This document shows positions 36,515-49,600 of a DNA stretch of 64,000 nt, piece after piece. The stretch is taken from contig NC_092677.1 of NCBI RefSeq assembly GCF_964355755.1, positions 13,910,101-13,974,100 on the forward strand, written 5' to 3'. The notes under the pieces are model-generated. The model did no database searches. It was not told where the DNA came from and was given only the letters and a program-made list of their open reading frames with translations. The stretch's first letter is position 1. Each line of letters begins with the position of its first letter. The stretch is from Antedon mediterranea. Lineage: Eukaryota; Animalia; Echinodermata. Made by a program: the position numbers and the translations under genes.

Positions 36515-37665
36515 AAGGCCTATATTACCCACCACCTCTGCCACTTTCCCAAAACAGAATGTGTAGGCCTATGCAAAATCAATTATAATAATATAATAAG
36601 TAGGCCTTGTTGTGAACAGCTTGCTCAAGTACAATGGTACTGGCGTAGTGCTTTTGAAAAAAGATGAACAAATTCTTATTATTTTCTTAAACTTATCGAG
36701 GTTAGAGCTGCAAATTCAGAAAACTGTAAATGTGTTTTATTGTTTGTACTGTACTATGAAAATATAGATTTTATCTGTAAATGCACATTGTCATCTTTTT
36801 AACTATGATTCAATTATCCATTTTAATCTTAACAATACGGTTAAGAATATCGGGGTAATAAAAGATAAATTTAGACCAGTTAGTGAACAAATGTTATTTT
36901 ACTATTTCACGACTCAATGATTTTATACAATCATTAAATGTATTAATTGGCGTCATAAATTGAATAAGTAGATAGTTTTATTCTGGTAGCGGTTATGTTA
37001 CTAAGACGCCATTTTAAGATTTTCGCATTCGTAATGCACGATAATAGGTGTACCATATTTAACAGCAATACTGTTTTTTCTTTCATTCATAATTATGATA
37101 AGAGTGACGGCAGCCGTGTGTTTCTGATCTTGTTCTGTGTGTTTAACTCTCTCCAAGGAGTTGCAATATTTTAATGTTTTATATTCAGAAACAGAAAATC
37201 AACAATTGAAGTTTTAAAGAAGAATTAAATAAGAATTACATTTTGCTTAGTAAAGTCATCATATCTCAACCACGGAGTTAAATACGGAATTAACTTAACT
37301 TGAAGTTAAAGTTCATAAAGTTTAGAATGCAAACTGGAACTTCTACAAGGAAACCCGTCTATTCCAGTAAAATACCTACAGTATTATTCACTTTCGTATT
37401 AACAGAAATTGAACAATTGTTTTATTTAAAAAATTATTAACCAAGTCCGGTCAATCTATTTAGGTTTAGTATTATTTTTTTATTGTTTTATTTATTTTTT
37501 CCATAATAGATAATATTGGACAACAACATATTGGTTTTTAGCAATAGTAAGAGCCACTTCGAACATTTTTATTTATTTGATTGATTGTTAAACAGTGTAT
37601 ATTATATTATTGGTTTATGATTAAATTATTGTGTAATCAATGTGTGTACATAGTTTGTTTATTTT
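36515..37665 (+). pseudogene. Internally deleted adhesion-GPCR paralogue: promoter and signal exon fused to TM7 and the 3' UTR
   Basis: 36515-37088 aligns to 37753-38325 (upstream region and exon 1 of copy A). 37097-37665 aligns to ~45286-45820 (VFLILFCVFNSLQGVAIF and the 3' UTR). There is a 2-nt deletion after the ATG and a TAC>TAA stop. Confidence 0.85.
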
Positions 37666-38269
37666 TTAATTCTTTGCGTCAATGGATGTAAACACACAAA
37701 TATAATTTGCAATGTTACACGTTCTCTCGCTTGAAATATGTTCCTTATTTTGTAGGCCTCTATTATCCACCACCGCTTCCAATCCTCCAAAACAGAACGT
37801 GTATGCAAAATAAATTATTGTTGTAAACAGCTTGCTCAGGTACAATGGTACTGACGTATAGTGCTTTTGAAAGAGAATAACAAATAAAGTTGTATTTCCT
37901 CAAACATAATATGTAAGTTAGAGCTGCAGATTCAGAAAACTAATTAAAAATAGTTTCAATGTGTTGTATTGTTTGAATTGTTATTTGGAAATATAGATTT
38001 TATCTGCCGTGTAAATGCACATTGTCATCTTTTTAACTATGATTCAATTGTGCATTCTTTATCTTGACAATACGGTTAAGAATATCACTGTAATAAAAGT
38101 TAAATTTAGATCAGTTAGTGAAAAATGTTAGTTTACTATGTCATGACTCTATGACTTTATACAATCATTCAATATATTAATTGGCGTCATAATTGAATAA
38201 GTAGTTTTATTCTGGTGGTAGCGGTTATGGTACTAAGACGCCGTTTTTTTAAGATTGCAGCAATTTGTA

Positions 38270-41200
38270 ATGCAATCGATAATGGGTATACAATATTTAA
38301 CAGCAGTACTGTTTTTTCTTTCATTATCAACTGGTAAGTACATAATGTATTATTTTTTATTTGAATTTATGTGTGTTTTGTTTTTTTTCAGATAACAATC
38401 TCCACTAAAAAATCGTGCTAATACTAGAAATTGCAATCTTATTATTAGTATATTTAGTAAAAAGTTGTAGGCCTAGGCCTATTTCATTTCAAGAAAATGT
38501 ATTAAACCAATATTACCAATAACAATACATATAATATGATTAAGACATTTTAAAGATCATCATTATTCAGTTAGGGGGTCAGCTGTGGTCATGTTACAAA
38601 GAGAGAGTTGTCAAAACAATATAGATAACTTAACCATATAAAACTCCTATAAAGTAGGAATCATTTTGCCATTTCCCCTAAATGTATTTGATCTTGGTAT
38701 TATAAAACAACGTTTCCTGTCGCATGCAAACGCCCAAAGAAACAACAAAAACTACTTGCATTGCACCTTATGTATGTAAATCAGTAATATGAAATTAACC
38801 TTTTTAAATTAAAGAAGAATTAAAGATAGTTGTGTCTGTGTCTAAACTAAACTAAAGGTGCCCGACTTTATGAACCACCCTCATAACAGTTTTAGGGTAT
38901 GTTCAGACTCAAGGCGTTAAGGTAGAGTTATGTAAGCGACGTACACATTTTTGTGTCTGAACCAGTCCGCGGATATTTATTTATTATTTAATTAGCGTTA
39001 GGGAGCTGTTACTCCGCGCCAGTGGCGTTAATAACCCAGCGGGAGAGAGTAGGTTTAATAACGCTAATCCAGTGATGCATCTGTGATTTTAACCTTAACC
39101 AATTAAAAGACACGCTCTCCCAAATTTAGCTCAAAAGGGATACTAAACTAAAATATATTTTTAGCAGGCCTATAAACAAACAAAATATATCAGATGAACC
39201 TTTACCCTAGGCTCTAGGTTACACATGGCAGGCAAGAAATCGATCAAGGCTGAGGAATTTCCGTGGCAGATTGTAGAATTAATTCGATAACTTCACCCTG
39301 CTTTATGAACTTTTGTGAACTTTTGGTTCAATTATTAAAGACTTTTTATTTTACCATAATGTTATTATTTTTTTTTTTTTTTATTTTATATATTTAGGCA
39401 AATTGCCAAGGATAACCATAAGCAAATTCAATCACTATCCTTCTTAAAGGTGGCAATCCGTTCACGAGACAAACATATACACACAATGCTCTACATAAAC
39501 AAAGTCTTTATTACAAGTCTTTGGGAGTGGAGTTGTAAATTGTCATTAGAAAAAATCCTGACATATGACAGGACTTGAACCCAGGACCCTTGGATTGGCA
39601 GCCAAGCATCATAACCACCAGGCCACAACTCCACTCCATATACTTATCTTCCATATGTATTAGCCTAAATTCTGAAGTCATTTTGTATACTTGCAATTTG
39701 CTTGTCCTCATAGTTTCTCTTATAATGCCTCTTTGGCAACATTCTCTTTTGATGTTATTCTTGCCCTTTAACAGAACTGATGACTTCAACAGTGGCAACA
39801 TCAACAGAACTGGTTACATCAACAATGCCAACAACAACAGAACCGATTACTTTAACAATGGCAAAAACAACAGAACTGATGACTTCAACAATGGCAAAAA
39901 CAACAGAACTGATTACTTCAAAAATGGCAACAACAACAAAACTGATGACTTCAACAATGCCAACAACAAAAGAACTGATTATTTCAACAATGCCAACAAC
40001 AGAACTGATGACTTCAACAATGGCAAAAACAACAACAACAACAATACTGACTACAGGTTTCTTTCTTCTTTATAATAATAATAGTAATAATAAAAAGTAT
40101 GAAGCTGACGATGATTTCCACAGTATTAAAATCAAAACAGTAATGTACACAATGTCTGCATGAGAGAAAGTTTACCTTCATTGATATTTGTATTGATATA
40201 TCCATGAAGAAACAAAATTGTAAACGCCTGAATAAATGCCTAACTTCACTTTACATTCGAGTACTGTATTCTAGTGCACTTGATATTGACTATAAACCAT
40301 TTTTACGACAGCTCCACCAACGATTGTGTGCCCCGATGATGTATTATCATATACATCATCTCCGGATTGGGTAGTACCAATAGCAAATACGAATGAAACA
40401 CCGGTTAATTGTACAAGTCAGCCCGGAGACTCTTATCCAATCGGATCGATTACGAATGTTACGTGCAGTACAACAGACGAAGAAGGACAGAAAGAAAGTT
40501 GCAAATTTAGAATTGTCATTTTTGGTAAGAATAGAGATGTTCGAGATCCTTGGTTAATACAGGATCAAATAATTTGATTTCACAGAGAGCAATAGACTAG
40601 GCTTACAAACCATTTCATGTCGTCATCGACATCTCTATCGCCCAACACAAATGACCAAGCCGATTGTCGTATTAAACTATCTAAATAATGAACTTATTAT
40701 TTTAAAATTAAAGTTCGAATAAAAGAGTTCAAATGTGCAGACATGTATAATACTTTAAAAATCGTATTTATTTTTATTATAGCAACTGATGATCTTTCTA
40801 CAAAGATAAGCGATCTCACAAAGGTACTGTGCCATAATGTATACTTTTTATTATAGTTATGTGATCAATGATTGTATATTTTTTTCAGTGTAGGCCTACA
40901 GTAGACGCAAGTGACATACAATCGTTATAAAAATAGAGTTTACACACCAGGGTTTTGCTGATCAATGTTAACCTATATTTTCCCTTTCCGGACCTTGATT
41001 ATCTTAACTAACACGCTTCTCTTCAGGACGTTAATGAAGAAAATGTTGAAGAAATTGCGATTGAGCTTGAGGAAATAGTAGAGAAGGCAGACGACTTTCA
41101 AGCAGCTGATGTACAAGAAGTATCTGTAGCTTTGGATAGAATAGCTGACATCGAGTCACCAAACGAAATGGTAAGTTAGAAAATATTACTCTGTATTCGA

Positions 41201-44200
41201 TTTGAAAGATAAAATGAAAAATAAAACATACAGTGCTGATACAGAGGGTAGTAGAGTAAAAAGAAAATTGAAAGAACATAAAACAGAATAGCTAGTTATA
41301 GAACTATAAGAATAAGCTAATTATATCAATCATACCAGCGTGGTTTTATTCCATGGGCTTAAGCTAGACTATGTATATGCATAATGTTGGTGGGTTTTGC
41401 CTATCCTAGATCCGAAATTCCCCAATTAAATGTTGGTATCCTATAACTTCATAAGGTGGAAAATTGAACAAGCCTCAATATCACGTGTACGTATGGTGTA
41501 AAAATATCATAAATACGAAGGCACAATCTATGTCCCATTGTAGGTTACTGGTGCCGTAGTCGGTATCGTCGATGCAGTACTCACATCAGACACGGAATTA
41601 ACGCCTGAAACCACCTCTGTCATCCTTGAGTCTTTGGAGCAACAAATTAGTACAGCTGCCACTGATGGTCAGAATTACACTCAGAATGAAGAAACGTTGT
41701 CTGTGCAGACTTTAAGTTTTGAGTCTGATGTTCTTAAAACTGATGTTGTATTTATGGTGAACGACAAACAGACAAGACCTGAGATTTGTTTTGATGATCA
41801 GTGTGGGGTGATGTATGACCAGACGTCTATCACATTGCCAAAGAATGTGGTTGCAAATGGTATTAACAGTGTAAAAGTTGTTTTTAGATAATACTGTAAC
41901 TATACTCTCTTGTTCTGAGTAACCTAAGTAGCATTTATTGACAATAACGAATACTTAGTCATCAAACCTTTTAATGTTCAAATAGGACTAAATAAAGACA
42001 CTTGTGAAACAAGTATTACGGTAGGCCTACCCATGTAAATAATTATTATGCCTAGCAAACAGCCTAGTGCATCTCTATAACTAGAATTACTAATAACTCT
42101 TGGTAAAGCACCGGCGGATACTACTGTACAGCTGTATCATTCAGTGCACAAATATATCATTGTTCTTGCGCTACATTTATGGTGGACACTACAACATTAT
42201 TTTTCTTCAGTTGAGTTCATACATAGGTCTAATAATAAGTATGATATTGTATTCTCATTTATCACTTATTATTGAGTGCTTGATTAATTGTTTATTTTAT
42301 TTGAAACAGATCAAAAATCCAACATCAGTTTTACATCTTATTACAATTCAAACTTGTTCCAGAGCTCTAGAAATATAACGTTATCGAAGGTTATCCTATC
42401 TGCTACTGTGTATGATGACAACCTACCACATGTGTTTGAAGAACCGATTACAATTGTGTTCCAGAATATAGAGGTTGGTGTGTTTTTTGCTTGAGTTGTG
42501 TTTTGTTCAGGAAAAAGGAAAAGGCCTCAGACATTAGAATAGGTAGCCATATGGATGGGTATTAAACATGAAGGTTGTAAAAACCAGTAGGCCTACTTAC
42601 GGGTATCCAAAATATTCTCGGTGCTGTGTTAAATCAAGGCAACCCAAGAACAGGATTCTGAGTTCAAAAAGTTTATCTGTGGCTGCATGGGTGCTGAATT
42701 AACCAAGTCATCGGGATGCTGAACTCCGGTTAATTTAACGCTTCGACAGGATAATTCGTTGTCCACTAAAAACTTTTTGACTGTTGCGATTGGCCAATTA
42801 TAGACATCCCCGAATGTTTAGAACAGACACCGCGCCGTCGAGAATATGTACCCTATGCATACAGTTTACTGTGAATATTTCTCGCCGTCAAACATAAGAT
42901 CAAGGGACTGTTACGATTTCTTACCTTGCCAAGGCGAGCTCAGCCTCCTGTTGCCTTGGTTAAACTGGATAACATTAACATCAGTTTTAGTGTAGAGATT
43001 TTTGTTCTTACTAGTAGTGACTATTTTGTTTTTATTTCGTACGCATCAAACAGTCTTGCCAGGATGGATAAATTATGGATTATAATTCATCGTCCTTATA
43101 AACTCAGTCTCATTTGAGTTACATCCCTGGAACCAGGGCAGGATTGAACTCTGGACTCTCGGATTGGAAGGCAAGCACGTTAACCACCAATCTACAGCTT
43201 CACATATAGCCAAATACTAGCACGTAGCCTAAATTTTCAACACTGTTTCTAACTTTTCAAAACCAATTCTAATTGAACAGGATTATGTGAATGCCACCTG
43301 TGTATTCTGGAACACAACACTCAACGGCTTTGGCGATTGGTCAGAAGAGGGATGTACGCGTGTAAATGTGGACGATGAGAGTGGTATAACATGTCAATGT
43401 ACCCATCTTACCAATTTTGCTGTTTTATTTGATGTACGTTTTACTTATTTTCAAAATGCGTGTAAAATCTAGTTACTGACTTATATTTCACCAATCATGA
43501 ATATGGATTTTTTTTTCATTTCTTTACAGTTTCAAAATACACCGAAAGGTCTTGAAACATTTTTGGACATAGTGACGTATGTAGGCTGTGAGGTGTCGAT
43601 ATTTTTCCTGCTGCTTACAATGGCCGTTATTTTATTTACAAAGTAAGTTACTAGTTACTACAGTTCTTGTTGAATTGAAATTTATATTTATACTGGGTAA
43701 CCTCTTCAGTCAAAGACTGGTCTCCCAGAGGGCCCAGTTGGTGATCAGTGGCTGTGATGTACTAATACACCGGGGTAACCCCCTACTCGTCTCGAAAGAT
43801 GTACTAGGTTCTTTAAAGTGCACACGAGCTAGATGTGTACACTGGACCTACGGTTTATAGTCCTTATCCGAGAAGACTCGTTCTACCACCAGAACCGATG
43901 TTATGGCTACGTAATTACGGTTCCACTGTCTTAACCGCTCGGCCACTCACTCACTCACTCACAGTTTGTATCTGGAATGTTATGAATTGTATATTTAAAT
44001 GCCTATGAAAGAATCAGGTAGTTTCTATAGTATTTTATAGTAGGTGACAAAAAATGTGAACAGTCGCTATTTTTTTATACTGAAGCAACTATATTCATGT
44101 TTGCTTTAGGCCTATAAATAATCCAGTTAAAAATGTTCAGTTCCATTCCATAATCTTAAAATGTAATAACTGCAGAATATTTTAATGTATATTTTTATAT

Positions 44201-45416
44201 GAGGACAGAATAGTAATGTCTAAAAATCTAATTTAAACAGATCTCTTCGTAAGCTTCAACCTCAGAAGATACTTTTAAACCTTTGCGCCTCTCTCACTTG
44301 TCTGTATATCACATTCATATGCGGTATTGATACTGCAACTCCTGGTACTGTACCGTGTATAGCAATCGCTGTATTGTTACATTACTTTCTCTTGGCATCT
44401 ATCGCATGGACAGCTGTGGAAGCAGCCAACATGTACTTGTATTTTGTTAAAGTTGTTCGGGCCAAAACTTCAAAATCAAAAATATTACAGTGTTCGATGG
44501 TCTTAGCTTGGGGTAAGTACTGATGTCTATTTTCTAACAGAGTTTCCTAGTTGCATCGTAACAAACTTGTTAATAATGTTGTAATGACTAAAAAATAGTA
44601 ACTGTCCATCATAAAGTGCAAAGTTACAATTTGAAATAATAATGTAGGCCCTGACAATGTTTGTTGTTAACCCCGCAGATTTTTAGTATTGGGAAAAAAG
44701 TTAATACGTTAATTATATTCTTTGTTTACTAATTGTTCCTAGGTCTTCCGCTCATACCACCAATATTTCTACTCTTATTCGATTTGAAATTCTATAAAAA
44801 CACAGATTAGTAAGTACATTTATTATAAATAATTCATTCTCTATACCGGTAGACTACTGGTTTCGGTTTCTATAGGCCAAAGTCCAAAATATAAAAAGGA
44901 AAACAATATGATGAGATTGATATATTTTACATGCTAGAAAAAAAAACTATAGGCCTAATGTTTTATCTAACATTATAGGCTTTAAATGGTAATACTATAT
45001 CTGTTTTGTGTATACATATTTTTTTTTAACTTCACAGTTGTTATGTTAACACAGATGACTCAGACAATTTCATCTATGCTGTTGTTATCCCGATTGCATT
45101 TGTCATGGCCTGTAACTGCATTATGTACATAATGGTTCTTAAAAGTTTGTATTTTTCTCGTTCTAAAGTACGGGCAAATATGTATAAGCCTAATAGATTG
45201 AAAAAGAAGAAGAATCGAATCTCAAACGCGATCGCACTGTCTTTCCTCCTAGGCCTGACATGGATGTTCGGATTTCTCTCTTTTGTAAAGAAGGACAGCA
45301 GTCTTGTGTTTCTGATCTTGTTCTGTGTGTTCAACTCTCTTCAAGGAGTTGCAATATTTTACTTTTTTATATTCAGAAACAGAAAAACACAAATTGAAGT
45401 TTTAAATAAGAATTAA
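38270..45416 (+). CDS. Adhesion GPCR copy A (signal, Thr-rich mucin repeat, HYR, GAIN/GPS, 7TM), ADGRG-like, ~735 aa
   Basis: Exons 38270-38333, 39775-40056, 40312-40524, 40783-40823, 41027-41170, 41544-41859, 42310-42473, 43281-43433, 43530-43642, 44241-44512, 44743-44809, 45038-45416 (2208 nt, in frame). GPS CVFWN..WSEEGC..CQCTHL|TNFAVLF. 7TM motifs LLHYFLLAS, LLGLTWMFG and FNSLQG. Confidence 0.88.
39362..39638 (-). mobile_element. Full-length tRNA-derived SINE with A-rich tail
   Basis: Minus strand shows A box TGGCCTGGTGG, a GCC anticodon-like loop and B box GGTTCAAGTCC. The body is shared with 1-167, and the T-run at ~39368-39382 is the poly(A) tail. Confidence 0.85.
39771..40045 (+). 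repeat. 33-bp coding tandem repeat (TELMTSTMAKT)n, ~8 units
   Basis: acagaactgatgacttcaacaatggcaaaaaca repeated within exon 2 of GPCR copy A. Confidence 0.9.
43127..43203 (-). mobile_element. Degenerate tRNA-derived SINE head
   Basis: Minus strand tagattggtggttaacgtgcttgccttccaatccgagagtccagagttcaatcc has A and B boxes and is related to the 39362 family. Confidence 0.55.
43690..43960 (-). mobile_element. Deu/Nin-domain SINE
   Basis: Minus strand has A box GTGGCCGAGCGGTTAAG, then TCGGATAAGGACTATAAACCGTAGGTCC...TTAAAGAACC...GAGTAGGGGGTTACCCCGGTGT. This matches the Deu domain as I recall it from AmnSINE/DeuSINE consensus sequences. Confidence 0.7.
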
Positions 45417-46603
45417 AGAAGAATGAAATTTTGCTTTAAAGTAAAGTTATTAAGTTAGCTATCTCAACCACAGAGTTGAATACGGGGTTAAATTTCATAA
45501 AGTTTAGAATGCAAATTGGCGACTTGTTTCATACAAGGAAACCCGTTCAATAATTTCGTATTAAAAGAAATTGAACAATTTTTTTATTTGTAAATTAATA
45601 ACTAAGTCTGGTCAATCCACGTTGTTGACATTTAGTAGCTATTTTTTCCATAAAAGATAAGACTTGACAAAAAAAAATGGATGTCGTTAGTAGTTTTCAA
45701 AAGATGGCACTTCGAACATTTCTCCTTTTGATTGATTGTGAAACAATGTTTATAGTTATACTATTGGTTTTATGATTACATTATTATGTAATCAATGTGT
45801 GACGTGTACCATTGGTTTGTTTTGATACCATAAGAAATTATCATTTTAATAGACGTAATAAAACATTGTTGCTGTCAAGATTACAACGCAATTACCTATA
45901 CAGCCTTTAGTGCTATGATAAAGTAGCATGTTATGTAACTGCTTTTATAGACAATTATATTAGACTAGTACATGTGTGAAGTCTTATATTTTGTTGTTTG
46001 TTGTTGACGTGATACAGCTTTGTATTATAGGCCAAATGCCCACACTATAATTTTACTTCGTTACTATTTCATGAGAATGTCGGGTAATTTCTCAAAATGT
46101 AGGAATATACTATTGATTTTCTCAAAACATTCTTTAAAATTTAATTCAAATTTTCAAACCAATACAACTTAATGTAGGCCTACAGTATAAATGACGTATA
46201 GGCAGACCCGTAATACTTTCAAAGGAGAATAAAAGAAAATATATTTCTTGTTATTTTTATTCTAATTCTGCCTAGGATTTAGTAAACTGTACCAGTACTA
46301 AGAATCAAAAAGATGTGCGACTTTTCTTTTTTATTTGTACCTTTAAGAGCATTGAGGAAATGAATTTATTTTCTCCATGTTAAGAGGTAGTTAAGTATGT
46401 GCCTTTGTCCGGATTGTTATCTCTTTGACTATTCTTTATTATAACTTGACAATACACCTAATCATAACAACGATCAAATATTGATATAACTTTTTTATAA
46501 ATTTAATGTCTTGGTGATTTTTGTCACGCAAACATGACATTATTCTTACTATGGTAGTTACCGTATGTAGACCTTCCTAGATTGCAGAAAATTAAAAATT
46601 CAA

Positions 46604-49600
46604 ATGACAATCACGATGGGCATACCATATTTTAAAGTCATACTATTCTTTGCTGGTAAGTAACATTTTATTAGTAGTAGGCCTAATCACACTAACAAGA
46701 GAAATATTTTTTAGGAAAAACTGTTGAATTTTAATATAAATTTTTAAGACGCAAAACATTTATAGGCCTACGTATCAGTGAGATTATTTTTTAGGAATGG
46801 ACGTGAACTATTGTAATTCTAACCTGAACCAACCCATTCCACTATTTTAACTATTTTCAAAAAATATAAGGAAGGAAGAAGTTTAAATTATTAGTTATCG
46901 TTTTACAGTACTGCCGCTTTATGATGTTGCTGCTCCATGGCCAACTACAGATATTTCGATGACAGTGGAATCATGGAGATCCCCCTCCAAATCTGACATA
47001 TCTTATACTACGTGGGTGGTATACTATAATATTACGATAACTGCAACAGAAGAAATGCTGACTACAGGTTGTTTTTTAATACCGTATATCATGGACAAAT
47101 GAAACCAGACTTGTATCGGTTTTTAGATGAAAGCTACAATGTATCTTGCCGCCACCGCGCGAATCTCCCATAATTGTTAAAATTAACAACCGTCTTCTTA
47201 CTGCGCATGCGCCGTTAAGCTGAAAATCTCGCATTAAAAACCGCGGTTTGAGACATGCTTGCATTGTACACTACTTCACATGGCAATGCAATGATCATAA
47301 ACATTATTTAAAGATATATTGTCCCCCTAATTTTAATGTATGCCGTTTTAATGTGGGAGTTTTCTGGAACAAACTAATAAAATAAAATATTTTTAGAAAT
47401 ATGTTGACGAAATACTAAAAATACAATCTTCACAATCTTCACCAACTTATCTTTGTTGTCAATTAACACTCGACATGCATTTTTTTTTAAATATGCCGTT
47501 TTAATTTCACATAAAATTTATTCTCACTGACCAAAAATTGGCTTGAAAAATAAATTATATACCAGAAAAACGGTAATTTAAAGCAAAACATAGTCAAATT
47601 GACTGCCAACCAAGAGGTTTTTGGTTGAATTTAACCATTTTATTTGATTTTTTATAGGTAAAATCATTATTTCCATTTTTCTTGCTATGGAAGTGATTAA
47701 CTTGATTAAAACTATAAAATGACATATTCAAAGAAGTCTGATTTTATTAATCTTCATTTTTCATGTTTGTGGGGGTAGACCTACAATCTTAGATTAACGT
47801 AACTTTGAGCTTTGGGAGTTTTCCGGAACAAAATAATAAAGCAACTATTTTTAACAATATTTTGACGAAATACTAAATATACAATTTTCATTAACTTATA
47901 TTTGTTTGTTAATTAACCTTTGACACGCATATGGTTATACATGCCATTAGAGCAATCAGACTGCGCAATACCATCACACTCACGTCATATTGCGAATTTT
48001 GGACAAAAAGTGTTTTGAGAGCGCTTTTGATTTAAACATTAGCGCGAGCCTATCTTTACCGCTGAGAATTGTATTGAGAAACCCGAAGACTTCACGCGAG
48101 CGAGACGAACTGACTAAGAACATTATTACTATAGATTTTCACTTCATACACGCTTATTATTGAACAATAGTTAGTATAAATAACTGCTAGTTAATTAGAG
48201 ACATTCGATGTTACTAAGAATACTAAAGAAATTACTTATAATACAAATTTAAAAGATTTATAACGATTCTAGTTTAGGTAACATTCGCCCATTAACAATG
48301 AAAACAAACAAATCCTGCGTAGGAAATCGCGGAACTCTAAAAACTTTGTTTTAATATCACGCTAAAATTGTTTCCGAATTTTTAAATACATATTTGTAAA
48401 TATTATGTTAAATTTCAATATCTTTACTTTTAAGCCTCAAAAAATCAAAATGTTGATATTTTTTTAAAGAATTTTATGATCATTTGAAATCGGGTATATT
48501 TACTATCGATCGCGCTCCGCCGGTGCCCGAGTAGGTGTGTACGCGTCGCTTTTGCAGGCTCTATTCCCAGTAGCGAGTTTCGGTCGCGCTAACATAAGCA
48601 ATGTTTTCTACATTTACATGCATTAGGGGTAAATTATGTTTTAATTGTTTTTACCGCATAACAAAATTCCCAAATTTATTTCTTTTCTTGCCTAACCGTT
48701 TCTGTCACCCTAAAATCAAATGCTTTAACTGCATAATTTTAAGCGACAATAACATACAAATAGGCCTACTATAATTTGATCACTTCTGCGCAATACTTTA
48801 AAGTTGTTGTATACAATTATTTTAAGAATATAAATAAAAACACACGGAAACTAATAAAATGGCAACTAATTGAAAAGTCAAACTCATTTATTTCATCAAT
48901 TAAATATTTGAAAAAAATCAAATCAAGTAAGGTACTGCTGTGTAGGCCTTAAATATGATTACTGTATTTTTTTAGTTTTAATTTGTATAATGGCCTAGGC
49001 CTAATAATATAGTACTAACAACATGTTTATTTCTAAAGGCAAGAATAACAAACAGCTTTATTTATTTACCTTCAATATTAAATCTATGAGAAACCTCAAT
49101 TATGAGAATCATTTAAATTTCTGTCACCGTACATTTCATTATAATGAAAACCTTTAATTTAAAAGACATTTAATTAATAAGAGCTGGTCAAATTTTTTTT
49201 AATGTCAACATGCTGTCCATAAATAGCCGCTTTCAAGTGATGCAAATGTTTTCTGGAGTCAGATCCTATAAAAAATATAGAAATATAAAAAGTATGTTAA
49301 TTTAAATATGTATTTGAAAGATGGGCTAGAGGTATAGGCCTACTGCATGATAAATTAGGCTGAAAAACCTAGCATGTGGTCCTAGGCCTACTATAAGGCC
49401 TAGCTTAATGTTTTAAATCCCATAAAACGTTTAAATTTAATACAAGTACAAAATCTAATTTATATAGAGTTGTAAAGTGTTGTACATTCAGTACATTAAT
49501 TAAAATAAATGAGAATGGGGCCTAATATTAATAAATAAACATGTAAAAAAATTGGCCTAAACGACTACGTGTGTATCTTATACGCATTGATTAACACGCA

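Noticed and set aside
39575-40075. 166-aa Asn-rich ORF
   Set aside because: It is a shadow frame of the Thr-rich mucin exon and begins inside a SINE.
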